Assembly: GCA_965368975.1 (NCBI GenBank)
Contig: CBDUPA010000001.1
Location: 672,001-736,000 of the forward strand
Length of the DNA: 64,000 nucleotides
Direction of reading: 5' to 3'
Origin: an uncultured bacterium
GTDB lineage: Bacteria > Acidobacteriota > Thermoanaerobaculia > Multivoradales > JAHZIX01
In this document: positions 41,498-51,464 of the stretch, in pieces
Numbering within the stretch: the first letter of the stretch is position 1
Layout: each line of letters starts with the position of its first letter
Made by a program: the position numbers and the translations under genes
The notes under the pieces: model-generated
What the model was told of the DNA's origin: nothing
What the model saw: the letters and a program-made list of their open reading frames with translations, nothing else
Databases searched by the model: none

Positions 41498-41956
41498 ATG
41501 GGCAGAAGTATCGCTGGCGCTGTGGTCGGCTATATCGTCTTGGCGCTGATCATCATGGGGTGTTATACCGCCGCGTTCCTCGGCCTCGGCCCGAGTTTCG
41601 CCTTCCAGTCTGATGGCTCGACCAACGTGACGATGGGCTGGCTGATGCTCATGGTCGTCGTCAGCCTGCTTGCCGCAGTGGCTGGTGGCTATGTGGCGGC
41701 CATGGTTGGTGGCGGCAGCGGAGCGCGGGCGGTCCAATTCCTGCTCGTGCTGGTGCTGGTGCTCGGCGTGATTTCAGCCGTGGCGGAGATGGGCAAGGAA
41801 GTGCCGGCGGATCTCAACCCATCACAGTTGAGCAACATCGAGGCGGCCCAGTACGCCGTCCAGCCGACCTGGTTCGCCTTCACTGTGCCGGTGTTGGGCA
41901 TGGTCGGCGTCTGGTTCGGTGGGCTGCTGTACCGGCGCAGGTTGGGGCCGGCGTGA
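41498..41956 (+). CDS. Four-TM hypothetical membrane protein
   Basis: Four hydrophobic segments; AGGAGG RBS. Confidence 0.75.
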   Translation: MGRSIAGAVVGYIVLALIIMGCYTAAFLGLGPSFAFQSDGSTNVTMGWLMLMVVVSLLAAVAGGYVAAMVGGGSGARAVQFLLVLVLVLGVISAVAEMGKEVPADLNPSQLSNIEAAQYAVQPTWFAFTVPVLGMVGVWFGGLLYRRRLGPA

Positions 41957-42107
41957 CTGAGACCGCCCATGACCGAGACCCCAGGGAGTGACGCCCGGCG
42001 AGCACTCAGGCGGTATTTCTCGTTCTGCGGTGTCCCCCGTCTTCGAGATCTTGCGTGGACTCCACTAGAGAGGCGCAATTCGGCGCTCGATCTAGCCAGG
42101 AGGCTGC

Positions 42108-43187
42108 GTGATGAAGAACTTTCTCGGTGGGTGGTTACACGGAACAACCGGGCGATTGTCGTGGGTGCTGCTGGTGCTGCTCGTCTCGACCGTCGCCCTG
42201 GCCCCGGAGGTCAGAGCCGACTGCTACTCGCGCAACGGATGCGGTGGTAGCGGGCAGTCGGCGTGCACTGTCTTGCAGTGTTTCCCTTCCTGCACGGGCG
42301 ACCTGCAGGAGATCAGGGGTCGGTGCGTCGACTGTTATGGCAGGCACAACTGTGGCAGCGCTGGGCAGGCAGCGTGTCCGCCCACCAAGTGCATCCTGCC
42401 GTGCCGCAACGACGCCAACCTATATCTGGACTTCCGCACGGGTAAGTGCGCCTCTGTGCCACGGGGATCGTCGGCGCTCGGGGCCAGCCTCGGCTCTGTG
42501 GGCGCCCTTCTCGACGATGCGACGCAGAACTGCATTGCGACGGCGAATGTTCTGCTCCCTGCCCTCCCTGTTTCTCGAACGCTCGATCAGCTGGACTCGA
42601 TCAAGTCGACGGCACTGTTTGCGGGCCAGACCGCGGGCAGATGCTCTCAGCAGTTCGACTACGGCTACGTTTGTGGTGCCGGCAGCTATGCCGCGACCTA
42701 TTTCAAGATGATTGCTCGTGACTCCAACCTGGCGAACCAGGTGATTCAGCGTACGAAGGACGCTTGGAACAACGAGTGCTCGAACTTCATCGATCCGGTC
42801 CAGCGCGGCTACTGCGCGGCCATCGTGGCGGCCGGCGGCGAGGCGATCCAGGCGGGGCGGTGCGTCGCCGAAATCGTGGAGGAGCTCTTCGAGCGAGCTG
42901 GCATGAGCAGCCCGCCCTCGCACGACATGCGATTGTTGGACTCGGTGTGCCAGGGGCTCGGTACTTTCACCTATGGCTTCACGGTCGATCAGCTCCTTGG
43001 CATCCTGCTGGCGGAGTTCACCGAAGGTGGCAGTGAGGTGGCAGCGACGATCAAGGACTTCGAGGATCTGGTCAAGTGGCTCAACCGCGTGCGTCAACTG
43101 CACTCCAAGTTCCATGCGGCCGCGAACTTCCTGCAGAAGCAGGAGAACCTGCGGACGATCCCAGCCTGCCAAGGCATCTTCTTTTGA
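42108..43187 (+). CDS. Secreted Cys-rich hypothetical protein
   Basis: Signal peptide; two CYxRxxCGxxGQxAC..C..PxC-like repeats, then a helical domain with scattered Cys. Confidence 0.7.
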   Translation: MMKNFLGGWLHGTTGRLSWVLLVLLVSTVALAPEVRADCYSRNGCGGSGQSACTVLQCFPSCTGDLQEIRGRCVDCYGRHNCGSAGQAACPPTKCILPCRNDANLYLDFRTGKCASVPRGSSALGASLGSVGALLDDATQNCIATANVLLPALPVSRTLDQLDSIKSTALFAGQTAGRCSQQFDYGYVCGAGSYAATYFKMIARDSNLANQVIQRTKDAWNNECSNFIDPVQRGYCAAIVAAGGEAIQAGRCVAEIVEELFERAGMSSPPSHDMRLLDSVCQGLGTFTYGFTVDQLLGILLAEFTEGGSEVAATIKDFEDLVKWLNRVRQLHSKFHAAANFLQKQENLRTIPACQGIFF

Positions 43188-43308
43188 GGCTCCCTCCTGT
43201 GTACATGCGAGCCTAGTTTTCGCGCAAGTCTGGCAATGTCAAAGAGCTAGAATGAAACGTTTGCCGAGAGATGCAGACAAGAACTTAAGACCATGGCGAC
43301 AGGCGAAG

Positions 43309-43341
43309 AGCCCGCCATCCCGAGGCTCGGGATGGCGGGCT
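43309..43341. terminator. GC-rich hairpin between convergent genes
   Basis: AGCCCGCCATCCCGAG-G-CTCGGGATGGCGGGCT, a perfect inverted repeat. Confidence 0.75.
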
Positions 43342-43366
43342 TTGGCGAAGAGAATTGGCTTCGAGT

Positions 43367-45430
43367 TCAGCTCTTGTCGCTGCTCGAACCAGGGTGACAC
43401 TGCAGGGTGTAGATCTGCTGACCGATCCCGAGAAGCACCTGGATGGCTTGGATCAGCTCGATGTGCTCCTTGGACGGTGGGTTGGGGGGCAGCGTGTTGA
43501 GGTTCTTGAGAATTTCCTCGAGCTCTCGCAGTGCGACGGCGGCAACCGGCCATGCAGCACAGAACCCCCGGTCGCTGTGTTCACCAGCGGTCAAGGCCGT
43601 GCTGGGAGGTACCGGTTTGACGGGGAAGGACGTGCCGCCCGGGTTCGTCACCGTGGGGGGATTGATGTTGTTCAGTTGGATGATGTACTCGCCCTTGGCT
43701 GGCAGGTCGGCCTCGTACTTGGTATTGATCGCGAAGCCCTCGCCCTTGAGAACGCCACCGAGGCCTCCCACGAATCCGTCTAGAACGGGTTTGAGTTTCG
43801 GTAGCTTCTGCCCGATCAGGGTGAAGATGGACTGCAGAGCCGGGAAGAGTTCGGCAATGACCTGCAGGATGAAGTGAGCCGTCGAGCCGCTCGGGGTTCC
43901 GGTCGAGCTTTGCGTGTCTGTTGGGTACATGGTGGAGTCTCCTGATTCAATGGGTGTGGGAAGAAAGCGGAGGGTTTCCGCGCTGGAACTCTGGGTCTGG
44001 AAATAGCCGTTGCCTGTACCAATGGCGCCGTCCACCATGGCGAGGACGTTGCTGTCCGTAGTGTTGGCCTGGATGGTCTGCAGGTAGCTGCGAACCTTGA
44101 GCCAGAAAGCCACCGCATCCGCGGAGGGAGCCGTGGTGACCGTGCCTGGATGCGGCGTGGCCCGGAAGTCGAGGTTCTTGCCCTTGTTGCTGGAGAGCAG
44201 AGCATTGCCGGCACCCAGGAGGCCGTCGATGGTGACGATGACGTCGTGCTGGTTGGAGTTCACCTTCAGCAGGTTGAGCAGGTTGTTGGCAATGGCCCAG
44301 AAGTGGTCGTAGCCAGTGGTGTAAGCGGCGATGTCGATGTCGCCGTTCTTCGGCGCTTTGCCCAGGGCCTTGGCCAGGGTCGCCAGTTGCTGGTTGAAGC
44401 TGGCATCGAGGTACTGATCGAGGGTCGAGATCACCGTGGCGTTCTGGCCGGTGAGGGTCTTGGCCTGCGTGAGCAGACTCTCCAGGGATTGGGTCAGGTT
44501 TTGCGTCTGTTGCTTGACGAAGGTCTCGGCGTCTTGGACGGCGGTCTGGATGCCCGAGATGTCGAGCAGCTTTTCGAACAGGTGCTTGATTTCATCGCGG
44601 AAGGACCGTGGGATCACGGCGTCGAGGATCGGCTTGACCACCTTCTTGAACACGCAGGCGATAGCCTTGAAGGCCCACTCGACCGGCTTCAAGGCATCAT
44701 GGATGGCGTGAAGAATGGGCTTTAGGAAAGAGATCTTCTTGAACGCGTCATCCACCTTGCCGGCGATGTCGACGACGTCACTGAAGTGCGAGGTGAAGTC
44801 GTGGAAGCCGGTCTGGGCGGACTGGATATCGCTCTTGACGGTGCCGATCGCCGAGGTCACCGGTGAGACCACTTTCTGTAGGTCGGTGGCCATGCCGGTG
44901 TAGACGCCGATGACTTTGTCGAGTTCCTGGCTGAAGTCGCCCTCGACCAGCAGAGCGACACCTTGGGCGAGTTGTACGGAATCGTCGATGATCATCAACT
45001 GCCGGACCCAGGTGCCCATCTGGGCCTCGAGTTCGGTGACCACCTTGTTGACGTCGTTGACCGGGGTTTGGAACTCCGAGGCCGTCTTGCGGATCGGTGA
45101 CAGTGCGTCGTCCAGGTCACCGAGGGCGTCCACCGCATCACCGATGCCGCTCTGCAGTGCTTTGATCGGTTCGACCATGATGTCCAGGAACTCCAGGAAC
45201 TCGATGTCGCTCAGCACCTCGACGAGATCCTTGATATCGCCGAGCAAGGAGTCCAGGTCCGACAGATCCGTCTTGGCCTTTACGGGGACGCCGAGCGCGG
45301 TCTCGAGGTTCTGCAGATCGGTGTTCAGGTCTTGTGTCAGTGGCGCGACGGCTTGGGCTCCCTTCTGTAGGGTGTTGAGGTCGCCGACCAAGTCGAGGAT
45401 CGGTTGTAGGGGATCTTGGTAGCTGGCCAT
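43367..45430 (-). CDS. Long alpha-helical hypothetical protein B
   Basis: GGAG RBS; coiled-coil-like N-terminal two-thirds; repeated C-terminal hairpin-like modules. Confidence 0.75.
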   Translation of the reverse strand: MASYQDPLQPILDLVGDLNTLQKGAQAVAPLTQDLNTDLQNLETALGVPVKAKTDLSDLDSLLGDIKDLVEVLSDIEFLEFLDIMVEPIKALQSGIGDAVDALGDLDDALSPIRKTASEFQTPVNDVNKVVTELEAQMGTWVRQLMIIDDSVQLAQGVALLVEGDFSQELDKVIGVYTGMATDLQKVVSPVTSAIGTVKSDIQSAQTGFHDFTSHFSDVVDIAGKVDDAFKKISFLKPILHAIHDALKPVEWAFKAIACVFKKVVKPILDAVIPRSFRDEIKHLFEKLLDISGIQTAVQDAETFVKQQTQNLTQSLESLLTQAKTLTGQNATVISTLDQYLDASFNQQLATLAKALGKAPKNGDIDIAAYTTGYDHFWAIANNLLNLLKVNSNQHDVIVTIDGLLGAGNALLSSNKGKNLDFRATPHPGTVTTAPSADAVAFWLKVRSYLQTIQANTTDSNVLAMVDGAIGTGNGYFQTQSSSAETLRFLPTPIESGDSTMYPTDTQSSTGTPSGSTAHFILQVIAELFPALQSIFTLIGQKLPKLKPVLDGFVGGLGGVLKGEGFAINTKYEADLPAKGEYIIQLNNINPPTVTNPGGTSFPVKPVPPSTALTAGEHSDRGFCAAWPVAAVALRELEEILKNLNTLPPNPPSKEHIELIQAIQVLLGIGQQIYTLQCHPGSSSDKS

Positions 45431-45431
45431 G

Positions 45432-47162
45432 TCAGGCTCCTTCGCTCGTGTAAGGGTCGGTGTAGGCGCCGCTGTCGCGGGCCGCCGTAACCGCCGCTGC
45501 CAGTTCGGCGAGCGAGTCGGCATCGGCCCAGGTACCCATGCCGGCGGCGGCCAGGCTGCCCGCGAAGGTCTGTGCACCGATCAGCGCCGACCAGCGGTCG
45601 CGGCCGGCTTCGAGCCAGGCGTTGCCGCCGCAGGCGAGCACTTCGACGGCGTGCCGCAGGGAACTGGCCGTCCAGTCCCGCACCGGTCCCGGTTCGCCGC
45701 GTAGCAGCCGTTCGATCGCTGGCCGTGCCTGGCTGCCGCCCACCGCATTGGCCAGTTTCTCCAGGGTCGACTGCGCGCTCTTGGACAGCTGGATGCTCTG
45801 GGTCACCGAGGTCGCGCCGGAGAGCAGGGCGGAGGTGGCGGCGGAGAAGTCCTTGATTCCGGCTTGCAGGTCATTGGTGTCCTGCTGCAGTGCGGTCAGC
45901 GTGCCATCGACGTTGTCGAGCAGCTTGCCGATCGGCAGCAGCGCCGCGATCGCCTGGTCGATGTCGGCCTTGGTGGAGGGATTGGCCGGGTTCAACTGCT
46001 GGTGACTCCCTACCAGCAAGTTCAACTCGCCGAGCAAGCCTTGCAGCGGCTTGACCAGCTGGCCGACCAGGTCGAAGCGGGACTTGGCGCCGTCGACCGC
46101 CTGCAGGAGGCTGTCGGCCTGGGTCAACAGATCGCGGGTCTGACCGAGCGAACTGTTCTTGGCGCCCAGAGAGTGCAGCACCTGCGTGACGGCTGGTAGC
46201 GCCTTCTCGGCGTTGCCGACCGCAGTCGTCATCGTGGCCAGGACCGGCTCGATGTCAGCCAGCAACTTGGTGTACACCAGAGCCGCCTGCTGGATCTGGG
46301 TCGTTAGCTTGCCGCCTTCTTGTTGATTGGCCTTCTCGGCCAGCTTGAAGTAGCCGGGCACGGCGCTGTAGGTGGGTTGCCAGGACTTTGTGTTCTGCTG
46401 CGCCACCGACTGCAGTTGCGTGGAGAGCTGCTGGGTCGGGTTGTTGAGCTGGCCCAACAAGGTATTGACCACGGTCACCTCGTGGTCGAGGTCGGAGGCC
46501 TGCGTCTGCAGCGATGTGATCTGTGCCTGGATGCTCTGCAGTTTGCTGGCGACGTCGACGAAGTCGAAGACCTCTTCCAGGATCTCGACCTTGGCCAGTA
46601 ACTGCACGACCTCGATCACGTCGCCCAAAATGTCCGAGAAGCCGGTGAGGTCTTGTTGCAGCGACGCTCCGGTCGCCGGAGCCAGCTGTTGGACCTTCGC
46701 CGCCTGGGTCTCGAGCTGTGCCGTCTTGGGCTGCAGGTCGTCGACCGCCGTCGCCAGCCCCTGAAGGGCCGTTTCCAGCTTGCCGAAGTCGGGCAAAGCA
46801 ATGGAGGCACTGATGTTGGCGTGCACCGCCCCGTCTCCGGGGCCGAAGGAGAAGCTAACGGTCGTCTTGGTCTTCTTGAATGTGAGGGTGTAATTGCGGG
46901 CAATGGCGAAGGCGAGCAAGGCAGCCAGGGGCAGCAGGTGGCGCAGGTCGAGCGCCTTCTCCAGCAAGGCCAGGGTCAGATCGCTACCATCGCCGTCCGC
47001 GGCGACGACTTCCTCGGCTCGAGAGTCGTCGAGCACCTGGTTCCAGGCGTCGATCTGATCCTGGGGTAGGACATCGAGTGCGAACGGCGAGTTGTCCTCG
47101 AGGTTGGAGAAGAGTTCTTGGGCCTGTTCGATTCCAGACCAAGAGATGATGAGGTTGGGCAT
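45432..47162 (-). CDS. Long alpha-helical hypothetical protein A (paralog of B)
   Basis: GGAGG RBS; Q/L/A-rich heptads; DILGDVIEVVQLLAKVEILE resembles SLLGDIKDLVEVLSDIEFLE in B. Confidence 0.75.
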   Translation of the reverse strand: MPNLIISWSGIEQAQELFSNLEDNSPFALDVLPQDQIDAWNQVLDDSRAEEVVAADGDGSDLTLALLEKALDLRHLLPLAALLAFAIARNYTLTFKKTKTTVSFSFGPGDGAVHANISASIALPDFGKLETALQGLATAVDDLQPKTAQLETQAAKVQQLAPATGASLQQDLTGFSDILGDVIEVVQLLAKVEILEEVFDFVDVASKLQSIQAQITSLQTQASDLDHEVTVVNTLLGQLNNPTQQLSTQLQSVAQQNTKSWQPTYSAVPGYFKLAEKANQQEGGKLTTQIQQAALVYTKLLADIEPVLATMTTAVGNAEKALPAVTQVLHSLGAKNSSLGQTRDLLTQADSLLQAVDGAKSRFDLVGQLVKPLQGLLGELNLLVGSHQQLNPANPSTKADIDQAIAALLPIGKLLDNVDGTLTALQQDTNDLQAGIKDFSAATSALLSGATSVTQSIQLSKSAQSTLEKLANAVGGSQARPAIERLLRGEPGPVRDWTASSLRHAVEVLACGGNAWLEAGRDRWSALIGAQTFAGSLAAAGMGTWADADSLAELAAAVTAARDSGAYTDPYTSEGA

Positions 47163-47378
47163 GGTTTGCCTCCTGTTCTCGACTCCGCTGGCGGGGTTGC
47201 CGCGGAGCACGGTCGGCGTTACCTAAGTGAACAGAAAGCGTGGCCAGAAGGGGCCATGGATGCTCGCCTTGGTGGGAAGAAAGCTCGTCCTGGTGTTAGC
47301 CTGAGTTCCTCCGGCGCGCGAGAGCTTGCGAAGTTTCTGGCGCGCCATTCACTTCTCTCAGCACTAGGAGTTCTCTCG

Positions 47379-47684
47379 ATGCCGACCACCATGCGTGCCG
47401 CCCAAGTCGCCGAAGTCGGTGCCGACTTTGAACTCATCGACCGTCCGATCCCCGAACCCGCAGCGGGCCAGGTGCGGGTGAAGGTCGAAGCGCATGGCAT
47501 CTGCAACAGCGACGCCTTTGTACAGTTCGCCGCCTTCCCGGGCCTCGAACTGCCGCTGAAGTTCAGTGCTCTCCCTTGTACCAAGCCGGTGGCCGAGACC
47601 TATCCGTTGTCCAAGGTCAACGAGGCGTTCGAGCGCATGATCACCAATCAAGCGCGTTTCCGGGTCGTCTTGACGATGGACTGA
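47379..47684 (+). pseudogene. Internally deleted Zn-dependent alcohol dehydrogenase
   Basis: ADH N-terminus (QVRVKVEAHGICNSD) joined directly to the ADH C-terminus (ETYPLSKVNEAFERM..ARFRVVL); no GHE motif or Rossmann fold. Confidence 0.8.
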
Positions 47685-47707
47685 GTCGCGCCAGCGGCGC
47701 GCCCTGT

Positions 47708-48262
47708 TCAGGAAGGGTTCGACAGCCGTGCATACAGCCAGCGCATCGCGACGCGGCGATCGCGCTGCACGCTGGCTTCGTTGCTGCCGAGGGCTTCGGC
47801 CGCTTCGCTCAGGGTGAGGCGGCCGAAGTAGAGAAGTTCCAGCAGCTTGGCCTGACGCGGCTGGATGTCTTGCAGGCTCTCGAGCGCGTGGTGAACGGCC
47901 AGAATCTTGGCGGCCAGTGGCACGCGGTCGAGCGTTCCCGGGCTGACGGCCGCCGGGATGGGCAGATGGCGATCGCGACGGGCGGCCTGCACCAGGGTGT
48001 GACGCAGCGACTGCGTGGCGACCTCGAAGAAGCGACCGCGGTCTTCGGTTTCGAGTGGCGCGCCGCGCAGCCCTGGGGAGCTACTGTGAGCCAGGAACAC
48101 AGCAGTGCTGGGGTGGCGCGGATCTCGGTTTCTGGTGAGCAGTTCGGAGGCGATGAACTGCAATTCTTCTTCGGCATCGCTCAGGGCCTTATCGAGCAGC
48201 CGGGAATCGACCCGGCGCCAGCGGCTGAGTAGGTCGGTCACCAGTTCGAAGGAGGCACTCAC
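47708..48262 (-). CDS. Divergent ECF sigma factor (TIGR02999-like)
   Basis: VTDLLSRWR, RFFEVATQSLRHTLVQAARR, LYFGRLTLSEAAEALG..VQRD; GTGA-coupled to the kinase. Confidence 0.75.
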   Translation of the reverse strand: MSASFELVTDLLSRWRRVDSRLLDKALSDAEEELQFIASELLTRNRDPRHPSTAVFLAHSSSPGLRGAPLETEDRGRFFEVATQSLRHTLVQAARRDRHLPIPAAVSPGTLDRVPLAAKILAVHHALESLQDIQPRQAKLLELLYFGRLTLSEAAEALGSNEASVQRDRRVAMRWLYARLSNPS

Positions 48263-51200
48263 GAGTCTTGCTCTTCATGGTCCGGGCCAGCGAGGGGCTG
48301 GGCGAGCGGTTGCAGATGCAGTGCTTGGTGCAGCCGCGAGCGCTGGACGCTGGCCGTCGATGCTTCGAGGGTCGAGATCCAGGCAGCGACGTCCTCGGGA
48401 CTGGCGGGCGTCACTGCCAGGGCCGCGAGCAGGGCGTCACGCATCTCTTCGGCGTCGACGTAGCGGTCCTCGGGACTCGGCTGGAAAGCTCGCTCGAAGA
48501 CCGGTGCCAACCGCTGCTGCAGGTCGGGATGACGCGGCAGGTGGAGTTCTGGCGGGCCTGCGGCGAGGTGCGCCTCGGTGGCACCCCTGGGGAAGGCGCG
48601 GCGCAGGGTGAGGGTCTCGTAGAGGACGGCGGCCGCAGAGAAGAGGTCGCTCTGTTGCACGGCAGGTTGACGCGCTGCCTGTTCCGGCGCCATGTAGGCG
48701 GGAGTGCCGCGGATCTTGTCGCCCTGGGTCTGGTACAGGCGGAACTCCGCCTTGGCGATGCCGAAGTCCGCCAGCTTGAGGTCGCCCTGCCGGCTGGTGA
48801 GGATGTTCGCCGGCTTGACGTCGCGGTGGATCAGGCCCAGGGGGCGTCCCTGGCGGTCGGTGCCGCGATGAGCGTAGGCCAGGGCGCCGAGCAGCGCCGA
48901 GGCGATGGCGGCGACCACTGGAAGCGGCACGTCCCGAGGCATGCGCCCGGTGGGGGAGAGCACCGGCGAGCGGCGGCGGCGCGCGCCCGAACGGTGCAGC
49001 AGGCTGGCTAGTGTCGGTCCGTCCATGTACTCCATGGCCAGGAAGTAGTTGTCGTCGTGGTCCTCGATGTCGTAGATCTGCACGATGTTCGGGTGGCGCA
49101 GCTGGGCGGCGATGCGCGCTTCGTCGAGGAACATGTCGATGCAGTCGGCTTCCTGCGCCAGGTGTGGCAGCAGACGCTTGATCGCCACCTCGCGTTCGAA
49201 GCCGCCGGGCCCCAGCTTCTCGGCCAGCAGGACCTCCGCCATGCCGCCGGTGCCGAGGCGATGGCGCAGGCGGTACGGGCCCATGCGCTCGTGCTGCCAG
49301 GTGCGTTCGAAGGCGATGGCCAGCTGCGATGCGACGGCCTCCAGGAACACGCGGTTCTCCGCGGTGAGCGGCGCGCCACTCTGCTTGCGACCCACCCCGA
49401 CAAAGCCCTCCAGCCGGCTAGCGGTGCGGATCGGCACCGCCAGGACCAAGCCGAGATGCCAGAGTTCTTCCTGGGCTTCCACGTCGAAAACGACATCCGT
49501 GAAGCCTGCGATGCCGCCGCTGTCCTGCTCCAGGGCCATGGACAGGACGCCGTCGCCGTCGACCCTGTTCGCTTCTTCGCGCGCGGGCTCCGGCGACGAA
49601 CTGTCGACGGTTTCGGGAACATCGCTGAGCGCGCGCACGAAGGCCTTCTGATCTGCGCTGCGCGTCCAGACTTCGGCACGCTCCAGCTTCAGGCGCTGCA
49701 CGGTCTCGACGGCGTCGGCGAAGACTTGCTTCTGGTTCGCCTTGCGCACCGAGCTGGCCAGATTGCGCAGGAGTTGTACCTCGCGTGCCTGTTCCATTGG
49801 TTGGCGCTCGAACCAGCGGTCGATCAGGCTGCGCACGCGGCGGTAGAGTGGGTGAAAGACGAGGAAAAAGAGGCCTGTGACCATCGCCGCCGCCACCGGC
49901 GAGGCCAACCAGCCAGCGCTGCTCAGCCAGGCGGGTACGCCGACCACCAGCAAGACGAAGAGGGTGCCTAACAGCAAGGTTGTCATGCTGTAGCCGACGA
50001 CCGCGGCGGTGAAGCGGTCGACTTCGAAGGCGTTGTGGCGCACGATCGAGTAGGCGGTGATGACGGCGAAGACGATCACCGGGAACGAGCTGAGCGCCCA
50101 GTGGAACGTAGCGTCGACGATCTGGGTCGCGTTCAAGGCCGATGGGAGGACCAGGCCCAGGATCATCGCCACCAACAGGGCCCGGCTGCGCGCGATGGCA
50201 CTGGGTTTCGCGCGTTGGCGCGCGCGACGCAGCTGCAGCACGGCGAGGGCGAGTGAGCCGATCGCGGTCAGAGCGGCGTAGATGTTGCCGGCCTGGATCG
50301 TCGAGCCGAGAGCGCCGCGCAGGGCCGGCAGCAGGTAGCTGCCGACTTCGAGCATGATCGCGGTCAGCGAAGGCAAGTAGAAGGCCGTGATCCAAGGGCG
50401 CGCGAGTAGCCGCTGGGGATAGCAAGCGAAGAGGTGCAGGCCGGTGGCCGCGGCCAGGTAGATGCCGATACTCTCGACGATCAGCCCTTCGGTCGGTCGT
50501 GCCAGCAGGGCCAGGTAGCCGAGCAGGTGGAGTCCGAGACTGCTACAGAAGGCGAGAAAGTAGCCGGCGGCGCGGTGATCCGGGCGCAGCGCGAAGGAGG
50601 CGATGCCGATCAGCAGCAGCAAGGTGCCGGTGCCCACACGCGTCCACAGCACGATCCTTTGTGGGGTCGAGAAGGCTCGCACGGTGGCGGTCACGGCACG
50701 CTCTTCGTCGCCACGGCGGATGCGCAGGGTGAGGGGGCCGGGTTCGATGGCCAGTAGGGCCGAGCGGATGCGCGCGGGATCGCCGTCGACCTCAGTCCCC
50801 TGGACTTCACGGATCAGGTCGCCGACGTGAAGTTGCGGCCAGAGCTCGTAGGCCGCGACGATGCGGCCGCTCACCGAGCCGAAGGTGAACTGCGGATCGA
50901 CCCCGCGCAGCAGCGTCGCAGCACCGACAGCCGCCGCCGTTACCAGGGCCAGGGCGAGCAGGACGAGAAGGCCGAAGGCCCAGGCTCCCGGCTGTTGACG
51001 CAGCCGTCGTAGCGGCGAGGTCGTCGGGATCGGCGTTCCTGTGCGGGCAGTGCTGCCGCCAGTGCTGACGGAGGTGGCCAGCGGCGCCGTGGTGCGAACT
51101 GCCTGCGGATGCGATGCGAGAGGAGTGACCGGCAGGCTGCTGTCGCTCTCCCTTGGGATGCCGTTGCCGTTGGCGTAGGAGGGGGGCTCGTCGGCGAGTG

Positions 51201-51375
51201 CGTCGAAGAAACTGTCGAGTTCCGCGTCGCCGGGGCGCGCGGCAGCTTCGAGAGCCTGTCGCAGGGCCGTGTCGCTACCGCAGGTCTCGGTCAACCACGC
51301 GCTGCGCGCCTCTGCGGGCAGCGCGAGAACTTGCCCCATCAGCCTGTGGAAGCGCTTCTCGGATGCGAGATCCAT
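48259..51375 (-). CDS. Multi-TM Ser/Thr protein kinase with PDZ-like and GAF-like regions
   Basis: C-terminal Hanks kinase (LGTGGMAEV, VAIK, HRDVKPAN, DFG, GTPAYMAPE); PDZ-like GDLIREVQG; many TMs. Confidence 0.88.
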   Translation of the reverse strand: MDLASEKRFHRLMGQVLALPAEARSAWLTETCGSDTALRQALEAAARPGDAELDSFFDALADEPPSYANGNGIPRESDSSLPVTPLASHPQAVRTTAPLATSVSTGGSTARTGTPIPTTSPLRRLRQQPGAWAFGLLVLLALALVTAAAVGAATLLRGVDPQFTFGSVSGRIVAAYELWPQLHVGDLIREVQGTEVDGDPARIRSALLAIEPGPLTLRIRRGDEERAVTATVRAFSTPQRIVLWTRVGTGTLLLLIGIASFALRPDHRAAGYFLAFCSSLGLHLLGYLALLARPTEGLIVESIGIYLAAATGLHLFACYPQRLLARPWITAFYLPSLTAIMLEVGSYLLPALRGALGSTIQAGNIYAALTAIGSLALAVLQLRRARQRAKPSAIARSRALLVAMILGLVLPSALNATQIVDATFHWALSSFPVIVFAVITAYSIVRHNAFEVDRFTAAVVGYSMTTLLLGTLFVLLVVGVPAWLSSAGWLASPVAAAMVTGLFFLVFHPLYRRVRSLIDRWFERQPMEQAREVQLLRNLASSVRKANQKQVFADAVETVQRLKLERAEVWTRSADQKAFVRALSDVPETVDSSSPEPAREEANRVDGDGVLSMALEQDSGGIAGFTDVVFDVEAQEELWHLGLVLAVPIRTASRLEGFVGVGRKQSGAPLTAENRVFLEAVASQLAIAFERTWQHERMGPYRLRHRLGTGGMAEVLLAEKLGPGGFEREVAIKRLLPHLAQEADCIDMFLDEARIAAQLRHPNIVQIYDIEDHDDNYFLAMEYMDGPTLASLLHRSGARRRRSPVLSPTGRMPRDVPLPVVAAIASALLGALAYAHRGTDRQGRPLGLIHRDVKPANILTSRQGDLKLADFGIAKAEFRLYQTQGDKIRGTPAYMAPEQAARQPAVQQSDLFSAAAVLYETLTLRRAFPRGATEAHLAAGPPELHLPRHPDLQQRLAPVFERAFQPSPEDRYVDAEEMRDALLAALAVTPASPEDVAAWISTLEASTASVQRSRLHQALHLQPLAQPLAGPDHEEQDS

Positions 51376-51464
51376 GCGGCGTCACCCCTCTCTATCGCAG
51401 CCGCGTCTCGGAAGGCAGGGGCTCCGGCGGCTCCGCGGATGGGGTCGCCGGAGGTGCTGCGGGC

